Notes: generated by a model from the letters alone, not told the origin. A stretch of 64,000 bases of DNA from Gammaproteobacteria bacterium (GCA_965222615.1 CBDCUI010000008.1:1024001-1088000); one strand, 5' to 3'; positions 13,409 to 24,291 are shown, counted from the stretch's first letter. A program made the numbers and translations.

Positions 13409-13984
13409 ATGATTAAAAACAGTTATTTAGTATTTTTAATATTGCTATGCAGCATGCTGGCACAATTCAGTATGCAACTTGGTACGGATTGGTTTCAGTA
13501 TTCCAGGTCGGATATCGAGGCGGGACAATGGTGGCGTTTTTTTACTGGAAATTTCATTCATCTCAATTGGCGTCATTTTGCAATGAATGCGGTTGGGCTT
13601 ATTGTTATTTATGCATTATTCCCAAAAATTTTACGCCCAAACACTTTTTTATTGGCTGTAGTGTTATGTAGTTTGGCGGTCACACTGGGTTTATGGTTGT
13701 TCAGTCCCCTGGTGTATTGGTATGTTGGACTATCAGGTGCTTTACATGGGGTGGTAGTGACATTATTGATTTTGGATTATGTCCGCAGCCGCAGCCTGAT
13801 GACGGTTGCATTAGTGCTTCTTGTCTTGGCCAAATTGGTGTGGGAGTTTACTATGGGTCCATTGCCAGGAAGTGAATCTACAGCTGGTGGTCCGGTAGTG
13901 GTTATTGCGCATCTATATGGAGCACTGGGAGGGTTGCTATTTACAATGTGTCTGTTATGGATAAGTTCTAATAAAAATAATTAG
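13409..13984 (+). CDS. rhombosortase (rhomboid family)
   Basis: WWR, HxxxxH..MN, YVGLSGALHG and AHLYG motifs. Confidence 0.88.
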   Translation: MIKNSYLVFLILLCSMLAQFSMQLGTDWFQYSRSDIEAGQWWRFFTGNFIHLNWRHFAMNAVGLIVIYALFPKILRPNTFLLAVVLCSLAVTLGLWLFSPLVYWYVGLSGALHGVVVTLLILDYVRSRSLMTVALVLLVLAKLVWEFTMGPLPGSESTAGGPVVVIAHLYGALGGLLFTMCLLWISSNKNN

Positions 13985-13992
13985 TTATATAA

Positions 13993-14301
13993 ATGACTGA
14001 AAGTAAATTATCAATTTTTTTGCAAGATGAATTTCAACAACTTTGTCGCAAAATGACCTACGCAACGGTTATCGCGGTATGCATATTTGCAGTAGTAGCT
14101 TGGTGGTTTGGTATAGAAGTCAAAGGCAATATGGCTACTTTGATTGGGCTTATATTTATAATACTGGCAGTACTAACGTTTAAAATTCCACATATCGCCT
14201 ATCGCTATATGTTGAACAAATATAAACACGAGCCCGAAAAGCTGTCCGCATTAGGATCCAGCTGGAAAGAGTTTAAAGATAGTTCTCAACAGCGCTACTA
14301 G
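13993..14301 (+). CDS. hypothetical two-TM membrane protein
   Basis: 102 aa, two hydrophobic segments, 8 nt after rhombosortase. Confidence 0.65.
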   Translation: MTESKLSIFLQDEFQQLCRKMTYATVIAVCIFAVVAWWFGIEVKGNMATLIGLIFIILAVLTFKIPHIAYRYMLNKYKHEPEKLSALGSSWKEFKDSSQQRY

Positions 14302-14480
14302 GGGCCTCCAACCAATTTTCTGAATATCCGTTGGACAGAAATTAGTCACTCACTATCTGATGTGTGCTTTCAGATATCTTAGGAGTTCTCTATTCTATAA
14401 ACTAACTTATTCATTTTATTAGTGAAATTAAGCACGTCAATAATTTGGCATGGTTTTGAGACTGATTTTAAAGCGACCAC

Positions 14481-14819
14481 ATGTTGGGGATTTTTCGAAA
14501 ATCTAAATTACGCTCGTCTTTTTATCCTCGTGAAGAGCGAAGAGCCATTGAAGGGGAGGTTTATATTAAGCGTCCTGGGCGCGAGCTATTGCTTGCCACT
14601 ACTGGAAATATCAGTGCTAACGGGCTTTATGTAGAGATCTTTAACCATGATCTCGATAAAGGCAGAAAAGTAGAAATTATCTTGGTAAAGCAAAACGGCT
14701 CGGTCAAGAAGATCACTAAAATGATGGGAATTGTGGTACGTGCCGATCAAAATGGGGCAGCTATGGTGACCTATAAGCGACAAGATGTAGGTTCCTTAGA
14801 AGAGCTTAGTCCGCCATGA
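14481..14819 (+). CDS. PilZ domain protein
   Basis: RxxxR (REERR) and NxSxxG (NISANG) motifs. Confidence 0.8.
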   Translation: MLGIFRKSKLRSSFYPREERRAIEGEVYIKRPGRELLLATTGNISANGLYVEIFNHDLDKGRKVEIILVKQNGSVKKITKMMGIVVRADQNGAAMVTYKRQDVGSLEELSPP

Positions 14820-14934
14820 TGCGGCTCTGCTGTAGTAGGGGATGAGTAGCCTCAGCTGGGTTTCTCGGGTTAAAAGGTCATTTTTTACAGATAAGCTGTA
14901 AGGTCTAAGTCTGCTTAGCCTCTATAATATCCAC

Positions 14935-14994
14935 TGTAGTTTCTCTCCTTCTGAAGCTGACCCACGTCACATCCTTAAGACGTGGGTTTTTTTT
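14935..14994 (+). ncRNA. candidate small RNA with anti-SD loops
   Basis: TATAAT at 14923-14928; hairpin with UCUCCUUCU loop; intrinsic terminator whose loop contains AUCCUU. Confidence 0.5.
14960..14994 (+). terminator. Rho-independent terminator
   Basis: ACCCACGTC-10 nt-GACGTGGGT followed by a T-run. Confidence 0.85.
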
Positions 14995-15063
14995 GTCCAA
15001 TACAATGTAGTTCAAATTTTTCCTGTTGCTATAGACTCCATTTTGCTGTGTTAGCATCTCAAA

Positions 15064-15432
15064 ATGAATGCACTGTTATTAATTGCTCATGGTAGCCGAA
15101 GACAAGATTCCAATTATGAAGTAAGAGATTTAACGAATAATCTCGCTCAGATAACGGCCCATAAATTTAAAATTGTCGAATGCGCCTTTCTGGAATTGGC
15201 TACACCTTCCATCTTTGAAGGGGTAACACGATGTGTACAACGAGGTGCTGAGTGCGTGACTGTCTTACCTTATTTCTTATCGGCAGGGCGACATGTGGTG
15301 GAGGATATACCTGCTGAACTCGAAAAAGCATTACAAGAGTACCCGACGCTGCAAATTAAAGTCGCTCCACATCTAGGTTCGGCTTCTGGAGTTTGTGATA
15401 ATTTAGTCGCCCTATCTGAGTTAGCCATTTGA
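15064..15432 (+). CDS. CbiX/SirB-type sirohydrochlorin chelatase (single domain)
   Basis: AHGSR, AFLE and PYFLSAGRHV motifs. Confidence 0.88.
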   Translation: MNALLLIAHGSRRQDSNYEVRDLTNNLAQITAHKFKIVECAFLELATPSIFEGVTRCVQRGAECVTVLPYFLSAGRHVVEDIPAELEKALQEYPTLQIKVAPHLGSASGVCDNLVALSELAI

Positions 15433-16535
15433 CACCCAGGCGTTTAATGCCAGTAATTGAAGATAAAAAAACTTCTGTTGATCAAAAAACACGGGGGCGT
15501 GGTTATGTCGCGAATATACCAAATCGTTTTGATCATATCGTCACAGAATATGATGCAGGAGTTAATGTTCACGATTCCAAAATTGTTCTAACCGAGCTCT
15601 CATCCACACAGGCAAAATTGATCCTATCTAAGAATACGTCACCTGATGTTCCATTTGATCAAAGCTTGAATCCATACCGTGGTTGTGAGCATGGCTGTGC
15701 TTATTGTTTTGCTAGACCCACTCACTCTTATTTAGATTTGTCACCCGGGCTTGATTTTGAGACACAAATATTTTTTAAAAGAAATGCAGCAGAATTACTA
15801 GAAAATGAGTTTCTAAAGCCGAATTACGAAGTCAAAACTATTTCACTTGGAAATATAACGGACTGTTATCAACCAGTCGAAAAGCGCTTAAAGCTTACAC
15901 GCGATATATTAAAAATAATGCTGAAGTATGAGCACCCAGTCAGTATTGTCACAAAATCGAAATTAATAGAGCGTGATTTGGATTTGTTGAAGCCATTAGC
16001 CCAGCAAAGGCTTGTGCATGTCGCTATTACAGTAACAACCTTGGATAAAAATTTGGCACAAAAATTAGAGCCAAGGGCAACAACACCTAGTCGGCGACTT
16101 GAAACGATTCAAGCCTTATCTCAACAGGGGGTATCAGTTTCGGTTTTAGTAGCGCCCATAATTCCTGTTTTGACTGATTATGAGTTGGAAGAGGTTCTTA
16201 GGCAGTGCAAAGAATATGGTGCGAATGGAGCAAATTTTGTAATGCTACGTCTGCCTCACGAATTAAAGGATTTATTTGTGAATTGGCTTGAAAGGCATTA
16301 TCCCTTAAAGGCCAAGCACATTTTGAATCGTGTAAAAGAAATGCATGAAGGAGAATTATACCAAGCCAAATTTGGACAAAGAATGCGAGGCTTGGGGAAC
16401 TATGCAGAACTAATAGAAAATCGGTTTCGTTTGGCATATAAGAAATTTGGCTACCAAAGTGAATTCTATGAGCTGGATCATTCTAAATTTGTTCGATCAA
16501 GTGATACGTTGCCAAAACAATTGAATATGTTTTAA
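15429..16535 (+). CDS. PA0069-family radical SAM protein (SplB-related, putative DNA repair)
   Basis: NPYRGCEHGCAYCFARP (CxxxCxxC), TDCYQP, LEPRA; C-terminal QLNMF resembles a beta-clamp-binding motif. Confidence 0.9.
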   Translation: MTPRRLMPVIEDKKTSVDQKTRGRGYVANIPNRFDHIVTEYDAGVNVHDSKIVLTELSSTQAKLILSKNTSPDVPFDQSLNPYRGCEHGCAYCFARPTHSYLDLSPGLDFETQIFFKRNAAELLENEFLKPNYEVKTISLGNITDCYQPVEKRLKLTRDILKIMLKYEHPVSIVTKSKLIERDLDLLKPLAQQRLVHVAITVTTLDKNLAQKLEPRATTPSRRLETIQALSQQGVSVSVLVAPIIPVLTDYELEEVLRQCKEYGANGANFVMLRLPHELKDLFVNWLERHYPLKAKHILNRVKEMHEGELYQAKFGQRMRGLGNYAELIENRFRLAYKKFGYQSEFYELDHSKFVRSSDTLPKQLNMF

Positions 16536-16539
16536 CGAA

Positions 16540-16566
16540 ATATCAGAATAAATCAGAGCTTTCTTA
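16540..16566 (-). repeat. terminal fragment of ERIC-like element (family A)
   Basis: Reverse complement TAAGAAAGCTCTGATTTATTCTGATAT matches the left end of the 18990 element. Confidence 0.6.
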
Positions 16567-17283
16567 GATCTTAAGTGATTCGATTTCGTCTTTTTTTATG
16601 GCGGAGTAAGGGGAGTTTCTGATTTGATCGTGTACTTTCATACGATAACGTACAAATTTATCGACATCGGTGAAATGCATAAACGGGTTGCCTTCTAATT
16701 CTTCTCCAAGCGTAGATGTTTCTTGTACTGCGTAATGATGACCAGGATGAATAATAATTGAGGAGGGTAGCTCATCGCGAAATCGTTGTAAGGTGGTATG
16801 CATGAGTTCTGGATCGCCACCACTTAAATCACAGCGTCCACATCCAAATACAAACAGTGTATCTCCTGTTATTAAATCATCATTAATACGGTAACATGCA
16901 GATCCTGGGGTGTGTCCTGGTGTATGCATAATTTCAATTTCAGTCACACCTATTTTGATTCGGTCACCGCCATAGTGCAGGCTTGGCTTGGCTAATTCTT
17001 TTCCCCAAAATGAAGCTTCATGTTTAAGCAAATGTATCTGTGCATCATAGTGTTTTAGTAATTCATCAATTCCATTGATGTGGTCATGGTGACTATGAGT
17101 TAATAAAATGTTTGTAATTGTTACATTAAGTTGTTTAGCGCGTTCTAATATTGCTGGCACATCCCATGCAGGATCTACTACAGCTGCAGTTTTGGAGCTT
17201 TCATCGATCAGAAGATAAATAAAATTTTCCATTGGCCCTAATTCCATAGGCTCGATGGAATATGTCGATACGTTTTTAAGCAT
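16564..17283 (-). CDS. MBL-fold metallo-hydrolase (glyoxalase II-like)
   Basis: THSHHDH, HTPGHTPG, TGDTLF and PGH motifs. Confidence 0.9.
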   Translation of the reverse strand: MLKNVSTYSIEPMELGPMENFIYLLIDESSKTAAVVDPAWDVPAILERAKQLNVTITNILLTHSHHDHINGIDELLKHYDAQIHLLKHEASFWGKELAKPSLHYGGDRIKIGVTEIEIMHTPGHTPGSACYRINDDLITGDTLFVFGCGRCDLSGGDPELMHTTLQRFRDELPSSIIIHPGHHYAVQETSTLGEELEGNPFMHFTDVDKFVRYRMKVHDQIRNSPYSAIKKDEIESLKI

Positions 17284-17389
17284 AGTTTATTTAAACAAAA
17301 ATAATATAAAGGCTATTATGGAATTGAATATACTATTTTACTACATGTTACAACATGAGATTATAGCTAAAATTACGCTCAAGTAGATT

Positions 17390-17938
17390 ATGAACACTCT
17401 CCCGGATTTCATTGATCATGGACTAGCTATTCTATCGATTGGACTTAATCCATCAACGATTTCAGTGGAAAAAGGCTATTATTTTGCAAATCCTCGTAAT
17501 AGATTTTGGAAGGCTTTGAATACTAGTGATTTGATCCCGGAAGAATTAATACCTTCAGTGGATGCGCAAGAGAAGATGCTGAAACAATATAAAATAGGAT
17601 TTACCGATGTTGTGAAGCGTCACACTCGCATGGGGAAAGACTTGAAAGCAATTGATTTTAAAAAATATGCTCCAAAGTTATACACAAAAATTGAAAAATA
17701 CCAGCCAATGGTGTGTTGGTTTCATGGCAAAGTAGCTGTTCAAAAATTTTTGAAATATTCAAATTGTCTTGAAACAGAAATATCGTGGGGAACACAGAAC
17801 TTTAAAATCTGCAACTCTGATGCTTTTGTAACTCCAAATCCAAGTCCAGCAAATGCAGCTTATTCACTAGATGTGATTTCAGAGTGGTATACCATGCTCT
17901 ATAATACTGTTAAGCAAAAGGATCATTTAATTATTTAA
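17390..17938 (+). CDS. mug: G/U mismatch-specific DNA glycosylase
   Basis: GLNP, FANPRNRFW and PNPSPAN motifs. Confidence 0.88.
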   Translation: MNTLPDFIDHGLAILSIGLNPSTISVEKGYYFANPRNRFWKALNTSDLIPEELIPSVDAQEKMLKQYKIGFTDVVKRHTRMGKDLKAIDFKKYAPKLYTKIEKYQPMVCWFHGKVAVQKFLKYSNCLETEISWGTQNFKICNSDAFVTPNPSPANAAYSLDVISEWYTMLYNTVKQKDHLII

Positions 17939-17944
17939 TATAAA

Positions 17945-18424
17945 ATGAAGTTTATATTGCTAATATTATCCCTGTTTGTAATTTCGTGTACGAACAATTC
18001 AGAGTTAAAACATGATGATCAACAAGCACGTGACACCCTTGTTGGCGTTTGGCGTGGAGCAGGTAATTATCAAGACGAGGGTGATCGTGGTTGGCGAGAG
18101 TATTGGAAAATGATACGACATAAAGATGGCAGTTATGATGTGAGTTATTTGTTAATTCATGAGAAAAATAAACAATATGAATTGACCTCTGATTCAGGAA
18201 AATGGAAATTCGAAAATAGTAGATATTTTGAAGTAGACCGGCATGAACAAAAGTCGGAGTTTAAAGTTCTTTCGCTAAAAAAAGATTTGTTCAAGTACAA
18301 TTATATTCAGCGTGATGATAATCTACCCATTAGTGAAACCAAAACCAGTGACAATTATCAATTGCAAGAACCGCCAGAAGGTTATACAGAGTTTGTGTAT
18401 CAAAAACCAAATAAAATAGAGTAA
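17945..18424 (+). CDS. lipoprotein, lipocalin-like hypothetical
   Basis: Lipobox VISC; LVGVW motif. Confidence 0.7.
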   Translation: MKFILLILSLFVISCTNNSELKHDDQQARDTLVGVWRGAGNYQDEGDRGWREYWKMIRHKDGSYDVSYLLIHEKNKQYELTSDSGKWKFENSRYFEVDRHEQKSEFKVLSLKKDLFKYNYIQRDDNLPISETKTSDNYQLQEPPEGYTEFVYQKPNKIE

Positions 18425-18448
18425 TTATTACTATTTAAGGCTGAGTTA

Positions 18449-18946
18449 ATGTTTAGTAGTCGTGCTTTATATTTTTATGGGTTTATAATATGTGTTGCAT
18501 CACTTGCATTCGCCTTTTTTTATCTTGAAAAGACGTTATACTTAGACCCTTGTCCGCTTTGTATTTTCGATCGGGTAGTAATTGCCGCCTTAGGAATAAT
18601 CTTTTTTATTGCTTTCTTGCATAATCCAGCATCATTCTTTAAAAAATTATATGGAATTGTATCGATACTATTATGTTTTATTGGGATTGGTCTCGCTTCC
18701 AGGCATATCTGGTTGCAGAATTTGCCTAAAGACCAGGTTCCGGAGTGTGGGCCTGATTTGTATTTTATGTTTGAGACCTTGCCATTTTTTGATGTAATTA
18801 AAAAAGCACTTTCCGGGTCAGGTTCTTGTGCAGAAGTTAGTTGGACCTTTGCCGGCTTGACGATACCCGAACAGACCTTAATTTTATTTGTGGCATTACT
18901 GATCTTGTCGGTAATCCAGACCTTACGAGCACGTAAATCTATATAA
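18449..18946 (+). CDS. dsbB: disulfide bond formation protein B
   Basis: PCPLCIFDR, second Cys pair (ECG, GSC), four TM helices. Confidence 0.92.
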   Translation: MFSSRALYFYGFIICVASLAFAFFYLEKTLYLDPCPLCIFDRVVIAALGIIFFIAFLHNPASFFKKLYGIVSILLCFIGIGLASRHIWLQNLPKDQVPECGPDLYFMFETLPFFDVIKKALSGSGSCAEVSWTFAGLTIPEQTLILFVALLILSVIQTLRARKSI

Positions 18947-18989
18947 ATAGTAAGCAATTTACGTACAATTCCGTTCTTTTGTTTTTTAA

Positions 18990-19134
18990 GGAAACTCTGA
19001 TTTATTCTGATATGGCCCTAGGAAAATGCTTAAGAAAAAATGTCTCGAAATACTCATGTATTAGCCTATACACTTCGCTTTTTCGACATTTTTTGCCTAA
19101 TATCAGTCAGCTATGCCAATAAATCAGAGCTTCC
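18990..19134. repeat. ERIC-like palindromic MITE (family A)
   Basis: 17-bp terminal IR GGAAACTCTGATTTATT / AATAAATCAGAGCTTCC, internal stem; related copy at 53099. Confidence 0.75.
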
Positions 19135-19219
19135 CAAGCTATATTGGAATTTTTGTACATTAGAATCCAGGCGATACAGTGAATGTTGAATATTTTTTAG
19201 TGTTAAATAGAGAACTATT

Positions 19220-20377
19220 GTGAGTACGGCAGCAAAAGATATACATCCCATACCAAACCGTGTGCCACCGGCAACGCAGTTTGTGGAATTACGAGGCGAT
19301 TACGGCACGTCGGATTTCATCATGCGACGTGGTGGTTTTTTGCCTAAAGTAGTGGTTGCCTATGAATCGTGGGGTGAATTATCCGAAACTCATGATAACG
19401 TGGTTCTGGTATTTACGGGTCTTTCTCCATCTGCACATGCTTGCTCATCATCAAAAGATCCATCTCCCGGTTGGTGGGAATATATGATTGGTCCCGGAAA
19501 ACCCATCGATACCAATAAGTTCTATGTTATTTGTGTAAATTCTCTAGGTAGTTGTTTTGGTTCAACCAGCCCAACTTCGATCAATCCAAAAACCGGTAAG
19601 CAGTATTGTGCTGAGTATCCCGAGCTAACAATCGAAGATATTGCTAAGGCAGGGCATCACGCCTTACAAGAACTTGGTGTTGATCACTTATGCGCTGTCG
19701 TGGGGGCATCTATGGGGGGGATGTCTTCACTCGCTTATGCATTGCAGTATCCAGATGAAGTCGATTATTTAGTTAGCATCTCTGCAGCTTGTCGTTCTCT
19801 ACCTTTAGCCATCGCAATGCGTTCTTTACAACGTGAAATTGTACGCTGTGATCCGGAATGGAAAGATGGATGCTATGAACCAGATGAGGAACCCAAACAC
19901 GGTATGGTATTGGCGCGTAAGTTAGGTTTGATGTCTTATCGTGCTGCTGCAGAGTGGAATGAGCGCTTTAATCGTGCACGTGTAGATCCTTCAAGACGTA
20001 GTGAAGACAAGTTTGGGATTGAATTTGAAGTTGAATCATATCTCGATTACAACGCACATAAATTTGTGGATACCTTTGATGCTAATAGTTATCTATATTT
20101 GTCTAGAGCGATGGATTTATTTGATGTTGCTGAGCATGGAGGTTCGGTAAATGCGGGTTTGGCAAAAATTCATGCTAAAAAATCCTTAGTAATCGGTGTT
20201 GAAACCGATATTTTGTTCCCAATAAAACAACAAGAAGAGATTTATAATGGAATTAAGAAGGCAGGCCGTAATGTCGAATTTGCGCGTCTACCTTCTATTA
20301 ATGGGCACGATTCGTTCTTAATCGATGAGGAACATTTTGCTCCCGTGATGCAAAAGTTTTTTTCTGAATTCGCTTAA
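19220..20377 (+). CDS. metX: MetX-family homoserine/serine O-acyltransferase
   Basis: GASMGG nucleophile, GHDSFL, DANSY; TGLSP variant motif. Confidence 0.88.
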   Translation: MSTAAKDIHPIPNRVPPATQFVELRGDYGTSDFIMRRGGFLPKVVVAYESWGELSETHDNVVLVFTGLSPSAHACSSSKDPSPGWWEYMIGPGKPIDTNKFYVICVNSLGSCFGSTSPTSINPKTGKQYCAEYPELTIEDIAKAGHHALQELGVDHLCAVVGASMGGMSSLAYALQYPDEVDYLVSISAACRSLPLAIAMRSLQREIVRCDPEWKDGCYEPDEEPKHGMVLARKLGLMSYRAAAEWNERFNRARVDPSRRSEDKFGIEFEVESYLDYNAHKFVDTFDANSYLYLSRAMDLFDVAEHGGSVNAGLAKIHAKKSLVIGVETDILFPIKQQEEIYNGIKKAGRNVEFARLPSINGHDSFLIDEEHFAPVMQKFFSEFA

Positions 20378-21681
20378 CTGCGTTTATTAATCTCGACGTA
20401 ATCACGTTCATCTGGTCCAGTATATAATTGACGTGGGCGGCCAATTTTTGCCTCAGGATCGCTCATATGTTCCTTCCAGTGGGATATCCAGCCTACGGTT
20501 CTTGCTAAAGCAAAAATTACTGTAAACATGCTTAGCGGAAAACCCATTGCCCGCAAAATTATGCCTGAATAGAAATCTACATTTGGGTAAAGCTTGCGCT
20601 CTACAAAATAGTCGTCTTCGAGTGCGATGCGTTCAAGTTCCATCGCAGTATCAAATAATGGTTTATTGGGGTTGTCGTCTCCTAGCTCAGCAAGCAATTC
20701 ATGACAGACATTGCGGATTATTTTGGCACGTGGATCATAGTTTTTATACACACGATGACCAAAGCCCATTAAACGGAATTTAGAATCTTTATCCTTTGCA
20801 CGGTCGATGTAATAGGCAACATCATTGTCTGATTCGACGATATCTTCAAGCATACGGATGACGGCTTCATTGGCTCCACCATGTGCAGGTCCCCAAAGAG
20901 AGCTAATACCTGCTGAAAGTGCGGCATAAGGGTTTGCACCAGAACTTCCTGCCAGACGTACAGTAGAGGTAGATGCATTCTGTTCGTGATCCGCATGCAA
21001 AATTAAAATAACGTCCATCGCTTTAACAAAAATCGGACTAGGTGTGTATTCTTGAGTTGGAAAACCGAAGGTCATGTATAGAAAATTGGACACATAATCC
21101 AAATTATTATTGGGGTACATAAACGGTTGACCAACTGTATATTTGTATACCCAAGCAGCCATAGTTGGTACTTTGGCGATTAAACGATTAGCTGCAATTT
21201 CACGAGATTCTGGATCATGTACATCGATTTGTTCATGATAAAAAGCTGATAGAGCACCTACAGTCGCAACCATCATCGCCATTGGATGCGAATTATTATG
21301 AAATCCCAAATAGAAGCGACGCATTTTTTCATCAAGTAGAGTATGTACTCTAAGTCTGGACACAAATGCATCAAATTCTTGTTTGGTGGGAAGTTCTCCA
21401 TATAAAAGTAAATAACAGACCTCTAAAAAAGTACTCTTCTCTGCGAGTTGTTCAATTGGATAACCACAATAACGGAGTAGACCTAGGTCGCCATCAATAA
21501 ATGTGATTTTGCTCTCGCAACTGCCGGTAGAGACAAAGCCTGGATCAAAAGTGAAGTAACCCAGTTCTTTATATAAGTTTCCAATATCAATTGTACTTGG
21601 GCCATTGGCGCCATCAAGAATTGGTAGGTCGACCTTTTTCCCTGTCGAATTGTCAATAACGGTAACGGTTCGAGCTGCCAT
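20374..21681 (-). CDS. gltA: citrate synthase (type II)
   Basis: [23 protein letters not shown] and PNVDFYSG motifs. Confidence 0.97.
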   Translation of the reverse strand: MAARTVTVIDNSTGKKVDLPILDGANGPSTIDIGNLYKELGYFTFDPGFVSTGSCESKITFIDGDLGLLRYCGYPIEQLAEKSTFLEVCYLLLYGELPTKQEFDAFVSRLRVHTLLDEKMRRFYLGFHNNSHPMAMMVATVGALSAFYHEQIDVHDPESREIAANRLIAKVPTMAAWVYKYTVGQPFMYPNNNLDYVSNFLYMTFGFPTQEYTPSPIFVKAMDVILILHADHEQNASTSTVRLAGSSGANPYAALSAGISSLWGPAHGGANEAVIRMLEDIVESDNDVAYYIDRAKDKDSKFRLMGFGHRVYKNYDPRAKIIRNVCHELLAELGDDNPNKPLFDTAMELERIALEDDYFVERKLYPNVDFYSGIILRAMGFPLSMFTVIFALARTVGWISHWKEHMSDPEAKIGRPRQLYTGPDERDYVEINKRS

Positions 21682-21936
21682 TTAAGACTCTCCTAAATAA
21701 TTATTGGTTAGAAATAAATTGTTTATCTTGTAGCCAAAAGACACTCTCTCCGTCCATCAATTTGGAGAAAACCTTCTGTCTTAGTTCTAATAAGTTAGAT
21801 AAAGTACTTATAGTAACTTGCTGTTATTACTAAAGTTACTTGCTGTGTATCGCTGTATTAGCCAATACTAACTTGTTATTTTGTCCAGGAATTATAGCAT
21901 TTTTGTGTTATTCAGTGGAGCAAGAGATTTTGACGC

Positions 21937-22473
21937 TTATCGCGAAGATTTGTTTATAAATTGCTCGATATAAGTGGCAATCTGATGTGGATGGTTAAGC
22001 TCTAGTAAAGGCAGTGGACTACTCACATGATTGGGTTCATCCGTTGCAATGGCAATTACGTTTTCGTCTGTTGCGGAAATAAGGGGTTTTCCTAAACTCG
22101 GCCGATGAATTTCTATTTTGGGGATAGGCTCGGATTTATAACCTTCAACTACTACAAAGTCTATGTTGTCTATGACGATGTGTCTCAGTGCTTCTTGTAG
22201 AGATAGTTCCAAGTGGTCAGAAGGATTTTCATGAATCATTACCCAACGATTAAGTGAAGAAATCAGAATTTGTTGCGCCCCTGCTTTTCTAATTTTATAA
22301 CTATCTTTTTCGGGGTGATCGATATCAAATGTGTGATGCGCATGTTTAATAACTGCGACCTTATAACCATGTTTACTAAAAATTGGAATGAGCTTTTCCA
22401 ATAATGTTGTTTTTCCAGAACCGCTATAAGCACATAGGCCTAAAATAGGCTTTTGAAAGACAATTTGTTTCAT
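21937..22473 (-). CDS. mobB: molybdopterin-guanine dinucleotide biosynthesis protein B
   Basis: SGSGKTT, IKHAHH, DxPxKDS and VEGYK motifs. Confidence 0.93.
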   Translation of the reverse strand: MKQIVFQKPILGLCAYSGSGKTTLLEKLIPIFSKHGYKVAVIKHAHHTFDIDHPEKDSYKIRKAGAQQILISSLNRWVMIHENPSDHLELSLQEALRHIVIDNIDFVVVEGYKSEPIPKIEIHRPSLGKPLISATDENVIAIATDEPNHVSSPLPLLELNHPHQIATYIEQFINKSSR

Positions 22474-22479
22474 TATTTG

Positions 22480-23082
22480 TTATTTTACTAAAAGTTTAGC
22501 TAAAGAATTTTTATCTTCTGGGGTGTTTACATTAATAAAGCAATCTTTATTATCACTGAAATCTACTTCAATTAATTTGTGCTGTTCAAACCAACGATCA
22601 ATTTTACGTTCACCGCTATTTAAATATTCATTCAAACTTTCTAATAAGTCACATTGAATAAGCGCATATACGGGCTGTATTCGCCTACCATCATGTGCTA
22701 CAGCAATTTCTGCGTTCCGATTTTTGGTGGAGTTATATAATCGTGATACTAAATCATCTGCAATCAGCGGACCATCACATGGACAGGTACAAATATAAGG
22801 CGTGGTGCATTTATGCATTGCTACAGCAATACCGGCTAATGGTCCTTGGTAATCATTTAGGTTATCAGTAAATACTGGATACCCATATTTTTCGTAAATT
22901 TCTATATTGCGATTCGCATTAATCAAAATACTAGCAACTTGAGGCTCAAGTGCGCGGATTACATATGAAATCATGGTTATACCATTGATTTCCAACAAGC
23001 CTTTATCTTGGCCTCCCATACGTTTGGCTTTTCCCCCAGCTAAAATTATGCCAGTAACATTATTGTTGTTGGTGTTGTTCAC
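22480..23082 (-). CDS. mobA: molybdenum cofactor guanylyltransferase
   Basis: LAGGKAKRMGG.DKG, GPLAG, PCD and NVNTP motifs. Confidence 0.95.
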   Translation of the reverse strand: MNNTNNNNVTGIILAGGKAKRMGGQDKGLLEINGITMISYVIRALEPQVASILINANRNIEIYEKYGYPVFTDNLNDYQGPLAGIAVAMHKCTTPYICTCPCDGPLIADDLVSRLYNSTKNRNAEIAVAHDGRRIQPVYALIQCDLLESLNEYLNSGERKIDRWFEQHKLIEVDFSDNKDCFINVNTPEDKNSLAKLLVK

Positions 23083-23173
23083 AGGATTATTAAACTAAAA
23101 TTTTTCAATGTTCTGAAACTTAGTACAAAATACAAATATAATATTAAAACCAGATTGTTTTGAGGTAAAAATT

Positions 23174-23488
23174 ATGAGTGATGAGAAATATGACCGGAAT
23201 CAGTTAGAAATCGAGGCAGCAGTATACAGAAGGTTGGTAGATCATTTGCGAAAAAAGACAGATGTGCAAAACATAGATCTGATGAATTTAGCGGATTTTT
23301 GTCGTAATTGCTTGTCTAAGTGGTATGTTGCTGCTGCTGAGGAAAGGGGAATTACGATTGAGTACGAAAAGGCTAGAGAACTCGTTTATGGCATGCCGTA
23401 CTCAGAATGGAAAGCAAAATATCAAACAGAGGCTAACAAAGAACAATTGAAAGCATTTGCTGAAGGTGAAAAGAGACGTAACAGTTAG
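23174..23488 (+). CDS. DUF1244 family protein
   Basis: DVQNIDLMNLAxFCRNCLSKW and VYGMPY motifs. Confidence 0.9.
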   Translation: MSDEKYDRNQLEIEAAVYRRLVDHLRKKTDVQNIDLMNLADFCRNCLSKWYVAAAEERGITIEYEKARELVYGMPYSEWKAKYQTEANKEQLKAFAEGEKRRNS

Positions 23489-23520
23489 CAGTTTTATTCA
23501 TCAAGACTTAGGATTATCAA

Positions 23521-24291
23521 TTGAATCAAAAGGAAAGTAAAAATGATCTAAGTGATGATGAGTTGCTTCGTTATAGTCGACAAATCATGCTTCCACAACT
23601 TGATATAGTTGGCCAGAAACAATTATTGAAGTCACGTGTTTTGCTATTTGGAGCAGGAGGACTAGGTTCGCCAATTGCAATGTACTTAACCGCAAGTGGT
23701 GTAGGACAAATAACCATTGTGGATCCTGACACTGTAGATCTTTCTAATTTGCAGCGTCAGATTATTCACAGCAGTAAAAATTTAGGACAAGACAAGGTAG
23801 ATTCGGCAAAACAGACACTATGTGAGCTAAATTCTCAAACTAGTGTGCAAACAATAAACACAATTTTAAGTGGGGCAGAACTTGAAAATGAAGTCCTGAA
23901 GGCAGATGTAGTAATTGATGCAACAGATAATTTTAAATCAAGATTTGCTATTAATATGGCATGCGTAAAACAAAGAACTCCACTCGTGGTTGGAGCTGTA
24001 ATTCGTTTTGAAGGGCAAGTAATGGTTTTTACAATGGATGATAATAGCGCCTGTTATCAATGCCTTTTTTCTAACCAGGTTGAGGAATTGGACGAGAGTT
24101 GCACGCAAACCGGTGTGCTCGGTTCTGTAGTAGGGCTAGTTGGTTGTATACAGGCGACAGAAGCTATAAAAATTTTAGCCAATTTTGGTGAGACGTTATC
24201 CAATAAATTATTGTTAATCGATGCATTAAATGCGGAGTGGCATACTGTCAAAATTAGAAAAGACCATAAATGTGCAGTATGTGCGGCGTAA
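23521..24291 (+). CDS. moeB: molybdopterin-synthase adenylyltransferase (MoeB/ThiF family)
   Basis: RYSRQI, GAGGLG, SNLQRQ, two CxxC. Confidence 0.88.
   Translation: MNQKESKNDLSDDELLRYSRQIMLPQLDIVGQKQLLKSRVLLFGAGGLGSPIAMYLTASGVGQITIVDPDTVDLSNLQRQIIHSSKNLGQDKVDSAKQTLCELNSQTSVQTINTILSGAELENEVLKADVVIDATDNFKSRFAINMACVKQRTPLVVGAVIRFEGQVMVFTMDDNSACYQCLFSNQVEELDESCTQTGVLGSVVGLVGCIQATEAIKILANFGETLSNKLLLIDALNAEWHTVKIRKDHKCAVCAA

Noticed and set aside
13409-13984. Rhombosortase substrate (GlyGly-CTERM) in the window
   Set aside because: No ORF ends in GG plus TM helix plus basic tail; targets must lie elsewhere.
21811-21880. Short ACTTGCTG-like repeats upstream of gltA
   Set aside because: Too short and irregular in AT-rich DNA to support a binding-site call.
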